A stretch of 64,000 nucleotides of DNA from Polyangiaceae bacterium (lineage in GTDB: Bacteria; Myxococcota_A; Polyangia; Polyangiales; Polyangiaceae). Below are positions 27,497 through 40,728 of this stretch, in pieces. The notes beneath the pieces were generated by a model that did not search any database, was not told the DNA's origin, and saw only the letters and a program-made list of their open reading frames with translations. Made by a program: the position numbers and the translations under genes. The DNA lies in assembly GCA_044376115.1 (NCBI GenBank), contig JBILLK010000004.1:1-64000 (forward strand), in the 5' to 3' direction. The stretch's first letter is position 1; each line of letters starts with the position of its first letter.

Positions 27497-29956
27497 GTGT
27501 CCACTCCCTCTTTCGGGTCGGCCGGAGCGGGCGGCCGACTAGCGCTGCCGGTAGACGCCCTGTTGCCGGAGGCGCTGGCCTTGCTTCAGCGTCGACGGCG
27601 GCTGGTCTTCACGGCTGAACCAGGAGCCGGCAAGACCACCCGCCTGCCGCCCTTCATCGCGCAGCATCCCGAAGAGGCCGGCCAGGTATTGGTGCTCGAA
27701 CCCCGCCGGCTTGCGGCTCGGCTCTCCGCCGAGCGCGTCGCCTTCGAGCAAGGCCTCAGCGTCGGCAAAGAGGTCGGCTTCATCACCAAGTTCGAGCGCC
27801 GCGTCGCCGCCGACTCGAAGGTCGTCTTCGTGACCGAGGGCATCCTCACGCGACGTCTGGTCAAAGACCGCGAGCTGCGCGGCGTGACCACCGTCGTGCT
27901 CGACGAGTTCCACGAACGGCACGTCGCGAGCGACTTGGCGCTCTCGCTCTTGCTGCGCCTTCAACGCGAGTCGCGGCCCGACCTCAAGATCGTGGTGATG
28001 AGCGCGACGGTGGACGCGGCGATGCTCTCGGAGCTGCTCGACGCCCCTCACCTTCACTGCGAAGGAAGGCTCTTTCCGGTGGAGATCGTGCACGCCGCCG
28101 CGAGTAGCGATCGGCCGCTCGAGAGCTTGGTGGCGTCGGCCATCTTTGAAACGCTGCGGCGCGGAGATCGGCGCGACCTATTGGTCTTCTTGCCGGGGAT
28201 GCGCGAAATCCGGCGTGCGCAGAGCCAGGCCGAGCGTTTGGCGCGCGAGCACGATCTGGCGCTGCTCCCGCTGCACGGCACGCTTTCACCGCAAGAACAG
28301 GACGCAGCGTTGCGGCCCAACGCCCGCCGCAAGGTGATCTTCGCGACCAACGTGGCGGAGACCAGCCTGACGATCGAGGGCGTCGGACACGTGATCGACA
28401 GCGGCTTGGCCAATCTCGCGTCGCACTCGCCGTGGACCGGCTTGCCCACCTTGCGCTGCGATCGCATTTCGCAGGCCGCCGCGATCCAGCGCGCTGGCCG
28501 CGCAGGTCGTACCCAGCGAGGCACAGCGACCCGCCTTTACACCGAGGCCGATTTCTCCCGTCGCCCCGCCTTTGAGACGCCCGAGCTCTTGCGCACCGAC
28601 TTGGCCGAGCCGTTGCTTTTGCTGCTCGCTTGCGGCGTGGCGGACCTCGATCAACTGGTGTGGGTCAGCAGGCCCGAGCGCGTACCCAGCGAGGCCGCGC
28701 TGGAGCTACTTTCGCGCTTGGGCGCCCTCGAGGCAGGCCGCCGTTCGCTCACGGCGATCGGTCGCCGTATGGCCGAGCTACCGCATCACCCACGGCTTGC
28801 GCGTGCGCTGATCGAGGGGGAACGACGCGGAGTTGGACGGGAGTTGCGCGCATTGTGCGAGCAGCTGGGCGAACGCTGGGACGCGCCCAACGACGCCAGC
28901 CGTTTGTCCTCGCTGCGCAGCGATCTGCTCGAGCGTGCCAGCGGCTTTCAGAGCGAGGGCGGCCCGCTCGATGGGGCCTGGGAAGATGCCGTGCTGTACT
29001 CGATTTTGACCGGCTTTCCCGACCGCGTCGGACGGCTCAAGCGCCATCCCACCACGGGCAAACGCGAGGTCGTCTTCGCGGACGGAGGGAGCGCCCAGGT
29101 CTCAGAAGGCAGCCGCGTGCGCGAGAGCGACCTTGTGGTGGCGGTGGTCGCTAAGGAGCAAGGCGAAGCAGGCCGTCAGCGCGCGCAGGTCGAATGTCTC
29201 AGCGCGATCGAGTCGGATTGGCTGCTCGAGGTCGACTTCGATCGCGTGGTCGACGAGGCCTCGCTCGAGGTGGGCGACGGCCCCGGTCGCGTATTCGAGA
29301 CGCGCACCCTGCGCTACGGCAAGCTCGCCCTTTCGATTGAACGCAAGCCCACGACCGCCCCGGAAAAATGTGCGCCGCTGCTCACGTCAGCGCTGCTCGC
29401 GCGCGGCCTCCCACCCGAAGCCGAGGAGAAGCTGCAGAGCCTCGAGTTGCGCCTGCAGTTGGCCGCCGACCACGGCCTGCTCGAGCAGACCGCGCTGCCT
29501 TCGCGCGAAGAGCTCGTGCGCTCGGTCGCCGAAAACGTAAGCACGCTGGAAGAGCTCGCGCAGACCGACTTCGCCGAGAGCTTCGTTCATTCGCTCAGCA
29601 GTCGCGCGCGCAGCGTGCTTGCGCAGGACGTACCCGAGCGGTTTCAGCTGGGCAACGGCCGAGCCGTTCCGGTGGTCTATCGCAAAGGGCAACCACCGAC
29701 CATCGCCTCACGGCTGCAGGACTTCTTCGGCACGAGCAAGGCGCCTTCTCTGCTCGCAGGCCGTTTGCCGCTGGTGCTCGAGCTATTGGCGCCCAACTTC
29801 CGCGCAGTGCAAATCACCTCGGACCTGGACGGCTTTTGGCGCAACCACTACCCAGCGCTGGCCAAGGAGCTACAGCGACGTTACCCGCGACACGCTTGGC
29901 CCGACGACCCGAAAACAGCACAACCTCCGCCGCTTCCCCCACCGCGCCGCAAGTGA
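27497..29956 (+). CDS. hrpB: ATP-dependent RNA helicase HrpB
   Basis: PGAGKTT, DEFHER, MSAT, ATNVAETSLTI, QRAGRAGR, RYPRHAWPDDP. Confidence 0.95.
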   Translation: MSTPSFGSAGAGGRLALPVDALLPEALALLQRRRRLVFTAEPGAGKTTRLPPFIAQHPEEAGQVLVLEPRRLAARLSAERVAFEQGLSVGKEVGFITKFERRVAADSKVVFVTEGILTRRLVKDRELRGVTTVVLDEFHERHVASDLALSLLLRLQRESRPDLKIVVMSATVDAAMLSELLDAPHLHCEGRLFPVEIVHAAASSDRPLESLVASAIFETLRRGDRRDLLVFLPGMREIRRAQSQAERLAREHDLALLPLHGTLSPQEQDAALRPNARRKVIFATNVAETSLTIEGVGHVIDSGLANLASHSPWTGLPTLRCDRISQAAAIQRAGRAGRTQRGTATRLYTEADFSRRPAFETPELLRTDLAEPLLLLLACGVADLDQLVWVSRPERVPSEAALELLSRLGALEAGRRSLTAIGRRMAELPHHPRLARALIEGERRGVGRELRALCEQLGERWDAPNDASRLSSLRSDLLERASGFQSEGGPLDGAWEDAVLYSILTGFPDRVGRLKRHPTTGKREVVFADGGSAQVSEGSRVRESDLVVAVVAKEQGEAGRQRAQVECLSAIESDWLLEVDFDRVVDEASLEVGDGPGRVFETRTLRYGKLALSIERKPTTAPEKCAPLLTSALLARGLPPEAEEKLQSLELRLQLAADHGLLEQTALPSREELVRSVAENVSTLEELAQTDFAESFVHSLSSRARSVLAQDVPERFQLGNGRAVPVVYRKGQPPTIASRLQDFFGTSKAPSLLAGRLPLVLELLAPNFRAVQITSDLDGFWRNHYPALAKELQRRYPRHAWPDDPKTAQPPPLPPPRRK

Positions 29957-29976
29957 TGCGCTCGGCACGGTTCGGC

Positions 29977-31011
29977 TCAGCGGCGAACCGAACCGCCGAG
30001 CATGTTGAGCGCCATTCGTGCGAAGGAGAGATCCACTGGCTGGGCGAAGCCAACGTCCGAGCCGCTCACCGCAATTTGCGCCGGAGCCAGCCCGCTGCCC
30101 AGGCCGAATGACGACAAAAGGCCTGCAAACTGCGCCATTTGCGAGAGGTTCTTGAGCGCGATGGCTCCGTTCTCCGCGCGCTCCGGCGTGGTGTAGGTGA
30201 GCGCACCAACGAGGTTCACGCCGGGAGCTTGGAAGTTACCGAGCACCCGCATCGCCCGCAGTTCGGAGAGGAACGGGAAGTTCTTGGAAGCGGCCTCGAG
30301 CACCGGTTGAGCGGCGCTGGTTGCGCGCGGCGCGGACACCAAAAGGCCGTTCGGCCCGACGCTCATCGCGCTCTCAGCGCCGAAGTCACCCGCAGCGCCG
30401 AACACGAGGCCGGTGGTTTCACTGAGTTCGATCATCCAGGGCTGCAGCGAGCGGCCGAGTCGGTTGAAGCGCAGCCGATCCAACGCGCGCCGCATACCGA
30501 TCTCATTGCCCGAGAGCAGCGTCTGCTGCGTGAGCAGCACGAAGCCGAGATTGCCGACGGTGAAGAGCTCGTACGGGCCGTATTGTGTGCGGACCAACGG
30601 CGCGCCGCTCGGTACGGTGGCTTGTTTGGCCGCCGCAGCCGAGATCGCCGAAACGTCGAAGTTGCCGCGAACCACGGCGCAAAAATCGACGCCCTGCATC
30701 GCGTACACGCCGCCGAGCACGCGCGAGACATCTCGAACCGGGCTGAAGTTCGACTCGGCGCCGAGCGGAACCAGCGAGGAGACCAAACCGGCGACGTCTG
30801 CACCAAGTTGGGTCGCGAAAAGGGCGCGCGCATCCAACGCACCAAACACGACCACCCCGCCCGGTAAGAGCGCGAACGGGTCTTTGTCGATCTCGGCGGC
30901 GGCAACTCGACCTCCGCCGACAGCAACGAGGCCCGCGGAAGAACAAGCCCCAGCGCCAACGACGGACGCTGCTCCCACGCATGCGGTGGTCAGAAAATCG
31001 CGGCGTAGCAT
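29977..31011 (-). CDS. Tat-exported hypothetical lipoprotein
   Basis: MLRRDFL twin-arginine signal plus AGAC lipobox; TGATG coupling with upstream pheA-like gene. Confidence 0.7.
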   Translation of the reverse strand: MLRRDFLTTACVGAASVVGAGACSSAGLVAVGGGRVAAAEIDKDPFALLPGGVVVFGALDARALFATQLGADVAGLVSSLVPLGAESNFSPVRDVSRVLGGVYAMQGVDFCAVVRGNFDVSAISAAAAKQATVPSGAPLVRTQYGPYELFTVGNLGFVLLTQQTLLSGNEIGMRRALDRLRFNRLGRSLQPWMIELSETTGLVFGAAGDFGAESAMSVGPNGLLVSAPRATSAAQPVLEAASKNFPFLSELRAMRVLGNFQAPGVNLVGALTYTTPERAENGAIALKNLSQMAQFAGLLSSFGLGSGLAPAQIAVSGSDVGFAQPVDLSFARMALNMLGGSVRR

Positions 31012-32114
31012 CAACGAGCGGGTTCGGCTGAGGCCGGCGGATCCGCCGAATCGAGCGGGAAGGAGCCGAGCACCTTGAGGGTGCGCGCGCGCTGCTTGAC
31101 CCCCTCGAGCGCAGTCACGAGCGCGCGATCGGTCGCGTGGCCGCTGACCTCGACATAGAACACGTACTCCCAACCAGCGCTCTCGACCGCACGGGATTGA
31201 ATGCGCCGCAGGTTGCAGTTCTTCTCTTTGAACGCCTGCAGTACGTCATGCAGAGCTCCCGGCTTGTCGTGGACGCTGAAGAGCACGGCGGTTGCGTCTT
31301 GCCCGCTGCGGGTGAGCGGCATCTTCGACACCACGCCGTAGCGCACACGAAGCTCGCCCTCATCCCCAACGTTCTCATCCAACACGCTCAGCTCTGCGGC
31401 GAGCGGCAACCCCCGCGGAACGATGGCGGCAGCGCCGTGGTGTTCCTGCGTCAGCTCGAGCGCCATCACGGCGCTACGGACATGAAGAATCGTGGCCTTC
31501 GGGAAACGCTTGGCAACGTAGGCCTCCGCCAAGGCGTGATGGTGGCTGTTGGCGTAGACGCGCTCAACGTCTGCGGCGTTGCCTGTGCGAGACACCAACG
31601 AGAGGGCGTGGGACACTTCCCGCTCGCCCACCAGCTTGAGATCCAACGCTGCGATCGCCTGCACTGTGGCGAAGGCCAGCCCCTCGCGCAGCGTCTCCAG
31701 CGGAACCACGGCGAAGTTGCAGCGCGACCGCGCGACCTCCTCGAGCGCCTTCTCCACCGTCTCGGCGCGTTGCAGCTCAGCCTGCAGCCCGAAGTGCAGC
31801 TGCGCCGCCTGATAGGAGAAGCCTCCCTCGGGGCCGACACACGCTACCTGCGGCGCCACGTCGAAGATGCGACAAGCTGCGTCCAGCGCGGTGAAGATGG
31901 GCCGCACCGCTTCCCGGGCAAAGGGCGGGGCCGCGCTCTCGGCGAGCGCCTTCAGTCGCGCAGCGTCTGTCAGCGGGGACAGCCTTGCTCCCTCACCTCG
32001 AGCCTTGAGCAGCTCCTGGCAAAGCCGCACGCGCTTGTCCACGACGCGCATGACCTCCCGATCAATCTCGTCGAGACGCTGAGTGAGTTCGTCGATGCGG
32101 GAACGCGAGGTCAC
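31011..32114 (-). CDS. pheA: Chorismate mutase / prephenate dehydratase / ACT (P-protein) homologue, degenerate
   Basis: CM-like N-terminus, GPEGGFS, ACT domain DKPGALHDVL..IQSR..WEYVFYVEVSGH, KVLGSFP. Confidence 0.8.
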   Translation of the reverse strand: MTSRSRIDELTQRLDEIDREVMRVVDKRVRLCQELLKARGEGARLSPLTDAARLKALAESAAPPFAREAVRPIFTALDAACRIFDVAPQVACVGPEGGFSYQAAQLHFGLQAELQRAETVEKALEEVARSRCNFAVVPLETLREGLAFATVQAIAALDLKLVGEREVSHALSLVSRTGNAADVERVYANSHHHALAEAYVAKRFPKATILHVRSAVMALELTQEHHGAAAIVPRGLPLAAELSVLDENVGDEGELRVRYGVVSKMPLTRSGQDATAVLFSVHDKPGALHDVLQAFKEKNCNLRRIQSRAVESAGWEYVFYVEVSGHATDRALVTALEGVKQRARTLKVLGSFPLDSADPPASAEPAR

Positions 32115-32180
32115 GCCTTACCCTACCAAGCTTTCAGTAAAAATTCTGCCAGCGATCGTGAGGGCGGAGCCACGACTCAC

Positions 32181-32525
32181 TCAGGTCGTGGAGCTGCCCC
32201 CTGAGCTTGACCCGCCGGAAGAGCCGCCCGAGGGAGCAGCCGCCGCCGGGGTGCTCGCGGCTGGCGTCGACGTGGTGGTCGAGGTTGAGCTCTCACTCGT
32301 CGAACTCGAGCTGGGCGTGGACGAGTCTTTCTTGTTGCTCGAGCCGGAGTAAAGGTCCGAGTACCAGCCACTGCCTTTGAGGATGAAGCCGGTCCCTCGG
32401 GAGATCTGCCGCTTGGCAGTCGGCCCTTTGCAAGCCGGGCAATCTCGCAGCGCGTCTTCTTTGATGCTTTGCTCAGCCTCCCACTCGTTACCGCAGGAGG
32501 TGCATGCGTATTCGTACGTCGGCAT
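32181..32525 (-). CDS. FmdB-family zinc-ribbon protein
   Basis: MPTYEYACTSCG..CPACK..FILKGSGWY. Confidence 0.9.
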   Translation of the reverse strand: MPTYEYACTSCGNEWEAEQSIKEDALRDCPACKGPTAKRQISRGTGFILKGSGWYSDLYSGSSNKKDSSTPSSSSTSESSTSTTTSTPAASTPAAAAPSGGSSGGSSSGGSSTT

Positions 32526-32732
32526 TTGGGCAGACCTTTGCGGCTTCAAACGCGGTCCGTCAAGCGTTTCTCGGCTCGATGCCACGCTACACGTATGTCA
32601 AGTCTTGTCGACCGAACGCGACCCGTGTACTCCCTTACATCGCGTGACTCTACGTGCCATGGCGTGACAATATGTTAATGGCAACTGTTCGCTCGGGCGC
32701 GTGGTCTCAACGGGAAGGCAGATAAACACGAT

Positions 32733-36344
<3,612 letters not shown>

Positions 36345-36352
36345 GATAAGCC

Positions 36353-36775
36353 ATGGCAGAGACCATCTTCAGCAAGATCCTGCGCGGTGAGATCCCCTGT
36401 CACAAGGTGTACGAGGACGACCTCGTGTTCGCCTTCCTCGATATCGGGCCGCTCTCACGAGGCCACACGCTAGTCATTCCGAAGGAGCCTGCGGCCACCG
36501 TGGACGCGCTCAGCGACGCCTCATCGGCCGCGATCGGCCGGGTGCTGCCCCGCCTGTGCCGCGCGGTGAAGGCCGCGACCGGAACCGAGCAGTACAACAT
36601 CCTGGTGAACAACGGCCCGCTGGCCCATCAGGCCGTCTTCCACGTGCACTTTCACATCATCCCAAAGCCCGATGAAAGCGCTGGGCTCGGCGTCGATTGG
36701 CCCACCAAGCCGATCGACCACGCTGACGCAAAAGAGCTAGCCGCAGCGATCGCCGCGCACGCTGACGCCGGCTGA
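36353..36775 (+). CDS. HIT-family nucleotide hydrolase
   Basis: IFSKI, GHTLVIPK, HVHFH triad. Confidence 0.93.
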   Translation: MAETIFSKILRGEIPCHKVYEDDLVFAFLDIGPLSRGHTLVIPKEPAATVDALSDASSAAIGRVLPRLCRAVKAATGTEQYNILVNNGPLAHQAVFHVHFHIIPKPDESAGLGVDWPTKPIDHADAKELAAAIAAHADAG

Positions 36776-36789
36776 GCGGCTTAGCGCCC

Positions 36790-37302
36790 TTAGGGCACGC
36801 GCAGGATCAGGTGGAAGCCGAAGTCGGTTTCCACCACGTCGCTCATTTGTTGCAAATCGAGGGCGAAGGCCGCGTCGGCGAAGGGCTTCTGAAGCTCGCT
36901 GCGGCGCACGACGCCGAGTTCCCCTGCCCTCGTCGCAGCGCCGGCTTCATCGCTGAACTCGGTCACCACTTGGTCGAAGTCGGCGCCGCCGATCACTTTG
37001 TCACGTGCGACGATCGCCCGCTCGCAGGCCTCTTCACGCGAGCGGGTGACACCCTCGCGCGGGTTCTTCGCATCTTTGTGCTTCACCAGCACATGCTTCA
37101 CGTGCACCGAATCGGGCTCGCCCGCTCGCGGTTCGCGAATCACGTTGGCGAGCTCGATGCAGCTACGTTCAGCGGTGACCGCGCTCGCCTCAGGCAACGC
37201 CGTGCTCGAGTTGGCCGTGCCGCCACAAGCGGTCAACACGATGAACGCCACGGTAAGCAGCCGATGACTCCTAACACCCTTGACCTCGGCAACAGCGACC
37301 AT
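36790..37302 (-). CDS. Parvulin/Pin1-like peptidyl-prolyl isomerase, lipoprotein
   Basis: HVLVKH, TRSREEA, FSD, PFADAAFAL, TDFGFHLI; lipobox LTAC. Confidence 0.9.
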   Translation of the reverse strand: MVAVAEVKGVRSHRLLTVAFIVLTACGGTANSSTALPEASAVTAERSCIELANVIREPRAGEPDSVHVKHVLVKHKDAKNPREGVTRSREEACERAIVARDKVIGGADFDQVVTEFSDEAGAATRAGELGVVRRSELQKPFADAAFALDLQQMSDVVETDFGFHLILRVP

Positions 37303-37511
37303 GCGAACCTCTCGTGAGCCGTCACAACAAGGCGGTAGCGACAGCAATGTCACGGCGCCTTCCACGCAACAGACCTGATTTTCAGAGATTTAAGCGCAAG
37401 GCGCGGATGGCACGGAAGGTGTAACAGCGCCGATGCTTACGCTTGAACTTGGCTTCCGCGTTCCGGGGGCGGGGCGCTCATTCCCGCGAGTACCTCGCCC
37501 CCGCGAGCCCT

Positions 37512-38273
37512 TCACTTCTTCTTGAACAGGTCGCCGAGCGTGCCGAAGTTGCGTGGCTCAGGCTTACCCGCCTTGGGCTTGGCCGCTTTAGCGTCCGCCG
37601 GCTTGCCGTCTGCAGCAGGCGCGGCTTCAGCCTGGTTGCCGCTCGAAAATGCCTCGTACTGCGCGCGCTCGGCGTCGATCGTGAGCGCCTTGAACGAAAG
37701 TCGGATCTTACCGTCCTCTTGGATCGCGAGGATCTTCGCCTCGACCTCGGCGCCCACCGCAAACAACTTCTTGAGATCGGCGCCGCGCGGCGTCCCGGTC
37801 TCGACCGTGGGCACGAGCCCGCGGCCGTTGCGGCCTTGGGTGCCTGCGATTTGCACGAACACGCCGTAGCGCTCCACGCCGGTCACGGTGCCGCGCACGT
37901 GAGCGCCTTCCAACAGGAGCGGGCCGCTCTTCGCCCGGGGAATGCTGAAAACCTGGTCGCCGTCCTCGATCACCCCAGCGCTCGGCGCTTGCCGCACGAA
38001 CACGGGGGAGAGCTTCACGCGCTCCCCGTCACTGTCCACCACCACCGCGTTGACGAGCGCACCTTCTTGCACCATCAGCGAGCCGTCCTGCGCGACGAGG
38101 TCACTGCGGTCGAAGAAGCCCTCTTGTTTTCCGCCAAGGTCGACGAAGACGGCATCTCGCGAGAACGCCACCACCTTCACTTCCATCCGGTCCCCTTTGC
38201 GGGGACGCATGGGGCGGGATTTACCTTGTTGGGAGGTTTCAAACAGCGCAGCGAACGAATCGTCTTTGGCCAT
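37512..38273 (-). CDS. Short S1-domain RNA-binding protein (two S1 domains, RpsA-like paralogue)
   Basis: DSFAALFE, VFVDLGGKQEG, YGVFV, KIRLS, FGTLGDLF. Confidence 0.85.
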   Translation of the reverse strand: MAKDDSFAALFETSQQGKSRPMRPRKGDRMEVKVVAFSRDAVFVDLGGKQEGFFDRSDLVAQDGSLMVQEGALVNAVVVDSDGERVKLSPVFVRQAPSAGVIEDGDQVFSIPRAKSGPLLLEGAHVRGTVTGVERYGVFVQIAGTQGRNGRGLVPTVETGTPRGADLKKLFAVGAEVEAKILAIQEDGKIRLSFKALTIDAERAQYEAFSSGNQAEAAPAADGKPADAKAAKPKAGKPEPRNFGTLGDLFKKK

Positions 38274-38439
38274 GCGAATGTCTCGGTCTACCAAAGCGAC
38301 GGGAGTGTGTCATGCGCTTAACCCATCCTTCATCGGAGGAATCGGTCAGCGCGAGAATCCTAGCCCGTCGCTCACAAAAGCGTTTCAAGCGGAGGGACTC
38401 GAGTGCTAGGGTCCCCCGCGTGGTGCCTAGCGCACCATT

Positions 38440-38515
38440 GGGTTGATAGCTCAGTCGGTAGAGCTGCGGACTTTTAATCCGTAGGTCCGGGGTTCGAGTC
38501 CCCGTCGACCCACCA
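38440..38515 (+). tRNA. tRNA-Lys (anticodon TTT)
   Basis: Cloverleaf: acceptor GGGTTGA/TCGACCC, D arm GCTC/GAGC, anticodon loop CTTTTAA, T loop TTCGAGT, encoded CCA. Confidence 0.97.
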
Positions 38516-38541
38516 ATAGCGAGCCTGCGGAGCGGCGGCGA

Positions 38542-38857
38542 AATGACTCGTGCCAGACTCGAAGGTTCAAAGGGCCTTCGGCCGTTCTTGTCGAAGAGGG
38601 CACGAGTCATTGGTTTGCTTCATCCGCCTTCGGCGGAATGACTCGTGCCAAGTCGATCGTTCTGTTTGCTGCATCCACCTTCGGCGGAATGACTCGTGCC
38701 AAGTCGAAGGACGGACGGGGCCTTCGGCCGCTTTAGTTGCAGAAGGCACGAGTCATTCACTTCGTGCCTTCGGCACTCCGTAGACCTCCGTGGACTCCGT
38801 CCACTTCGTGGACTCTGTCCACTCCGGTTCTGTTCACTGCATCCGCCTTCGGCGGAA
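38542..38857. repeat. REP/MITE-like palindromic repeat cluster
   Basis: AATGACTCGTGCC at 38542, 38637 and 38688, inverted at 38599 and 38745; a 51-bp-period direct duplication; seven TTC-loop hairpins. Confidence 0.8.
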
Positions 38858-38916
38858 AGCGTCAAGCAACGCAAAGGCGTTTCGCGGGAGCAGCCGGCCT
38901 CGGATACGCTTGCGAT

Positions 38917-40701
38917 ATGAACTTGCAGCGCAATTCGTTGGTTGGCTTAGGGGCCTTGCTCGCTTCGCTCGCAGGCTGCGAGCCAGGGACAGAAAACGTC
39001 GGTGCCTCGAGCGCGACCGGCGCGTCGGGACCTGGTGCCGGAGGCGACGGCGGCAATGGCGGTGGCTTCGTTGGCTCGGGCGGTACCGGAGCAGGCACGG
39101 TTACCGGTTGCAGCGCCGATCTGAAGTACGTCGTCGATGAGCAGGGCAACGTGCTTCAGACCTGCGGGCCGGATGAAGGCTGCGCCGGCGGAATGTGCAT
39201 ACCGGCTTGCGACGCTGCAGCGGCGAGTCAGGGCAGCATCGGCTGCGACTACGTCCTTGCAACGCCGCACTTCATCAACATCATCGCTCCACCCTGCTTC
39301 GCTGCGTTCGTCACCAATAACTGGGACAAGCCGGTGCAGATCAACGTTTCACGCGGCGGGCAGACCTACGACGCCACGCAGTTTGGTCGCATTGCGCAGG
39401 CCAACCCGAACGTGGGAGCGTGGGCACCGCTCTCATCGCAAGGGCTCGCCCCTGGAGAGGTTGCCGTCTTGTTCTTGTCCGACGATCCGCAGAGTGTGAA
39501 CGTCACGCCCCTGACCTGCCCGATCGCACCGGCCCTGCGCACGAGCGGCGGTTCCGCAGTACCCAGCACTGGGATTGGAGCGGCCTGGCACATCACCACC
39601 GACGCGCCAGTCACGCTTTACGACATTCTCCCGTACGGCGGTGCCGCCAGCTACCTGCCTAGCGCCGAGTTGGTGCTGCCAACGAGTGCTTGGGGCACCA
39701 ACGTCGTCTCGGTACTACCGCCTGCGAGCAACGGTGGCAGCAGCTGGGGTCAAGTCACCGCGAGTGAAGCAACGACGTTCACCGTGCTTCCCAACGTGGG
39801 GCTACCCAGCGGAGCAGGGCTGCCGGGTTTTAGCGCGGGTGTGCAAGGCACGTTTACGTTGCAAGCTGGCGAGTACGTGCAGTGGGACGGCGCGGAGATG
39901 ACCGGGACGATCCTGCAGGCCGATCGGCCTTTCTCCTTCACCGGCGGCAATACCTACCAATGCTACAGCTCCGCCACTTCGAGCGGAGGTGGCTGCGATT
40001 CGGGCCATCAACAAGTAGCCCCCGTCTCGGCGCTCGGTAGCGACTACGTGGGCATTCCGTTCCGCACACGTAGCCCAAACAACACGCCGGAGTCGATCGT
40101 GTATCGCATCGTCGGCGTTCAGGACGGCACCACCCTCACCTTCGATCCACCGGTCTTTGACGCGCCCACCAGTTTGTCGCTCGGGCAAAGCGTGACCTTC
40201 GAATCGACCATGGCTTTCCGGGTTACCAGCCAAGGCAACGAGTTCCCGTTCTACCTCGGCCAAGCGATGTCGGGCTGCTTCGTTCCCGGCTCAGACGACT
40301 TCAATTGCCTGGGAGACGAGGACTACGTGACGATGCTTCCGCCGGCGCAGTGGCTTTCTCGCTACGTCTTCTTCAGCGACCCGACCTACCCCACCACCAA
40401 CTTGGTGTTCGTGCGCAAGCGAACCGCGGGTGCCTTCGCCGACGTGACCCTCGAATGTCTTGGCACGCTCACCGGGTGGCAGCCCGTTGGTAGCTCCGGT
40501 GAATTCGAGATCACCAACGTCGATCTGATCCGCAACAATGCTCCCAACGGAGCGTGCAACAACGGCCCGCAGGCTGCGGAAAGCACGGCACCCTTCGGCT
40601 TGATGGTCTGGGGTCTTTCGACCTTTGCCTCCTACGGTTACCCCGCCGGCGGCAACGCCTCGACCATCAACACCGTGGTGGTACCGCCCGTTCCCCAGTG
40701 A
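38917..40701 (+). CDS. IgGFc-binding-domain lipoprotein
   Basis: Lipobox LAGC, GSIGCDY, SAELVLPTSAWG, PPAQWLSRYVF, SYGYPAG. Confidence 0.85.
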   Translation: MNLQRNSLVGLGALLASLAGCEPGTENVGASSATGASGPGAGGDGGNGGGFVGSGGTGAGTVTGCSADLKYVVDEQGNVLQTCGPDEGCAGGMCIPACDAAAASQGSIGCDYVLATPHFINIIAPPCFAAFVTNNWDKPVQINVSRGGQTYDATQFGRIAQANPNVGAWAPLSSQGLAPGEVAVLFLSDDPQSVNVTPLTCPIAPALRTSGGSAVPSTGIGAAWHITTDAPVTLYDILPYGGAASYLPSAELVLPTSAWGTNVVSVLPPASNGGSSWGQVTASEATTFTVLPNVGLPSGAGLPGFSAGVQGTFTLQAGEYVQWDGAEMTGTILQADRPFSFTGGNTYQCYSSATSSGGGCDSGHQQVAPVSALGSDYVGIPFRTRSPNNTPESIVYRIVGVQDGTTLTFDPPVFDAPTSLSLGQSVTFESTMAFRVTSQGNEFPFYLGQAMSGCFVPGSDDFNCLGDEDYVTMLPPAQWLSRYVFFSDPTYPTTNLVFVRKRTAGAFADVTLECLGTLTGWQPVGSSGEFEITNVDLIRNNAPNGACNNGPQAAESTAPFGLMVWGLSTFASYGYPAGGNASTINTVVVPPVPQ

Positions 40702-40728
40702 TTCCCAGGGAGCGGGCGGGAGCAGCGT

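Noticed and set aside
38542..38857. CRISPR array or UUCG-tetraloop RNA
   Set aside because: Repeats occur in both orientations at irregular spacing, there are no unique equal-length spacers and no cas genes. The stems pair to leave 3-nt TTC loops, not C(UUCG)G tetraloops.
38440..40701. Genomic island integrated at tRNA-Lys
   Set aside because: No integrase, no duplicated tRNA 3' end noticed in the window and no clear compositional shift.
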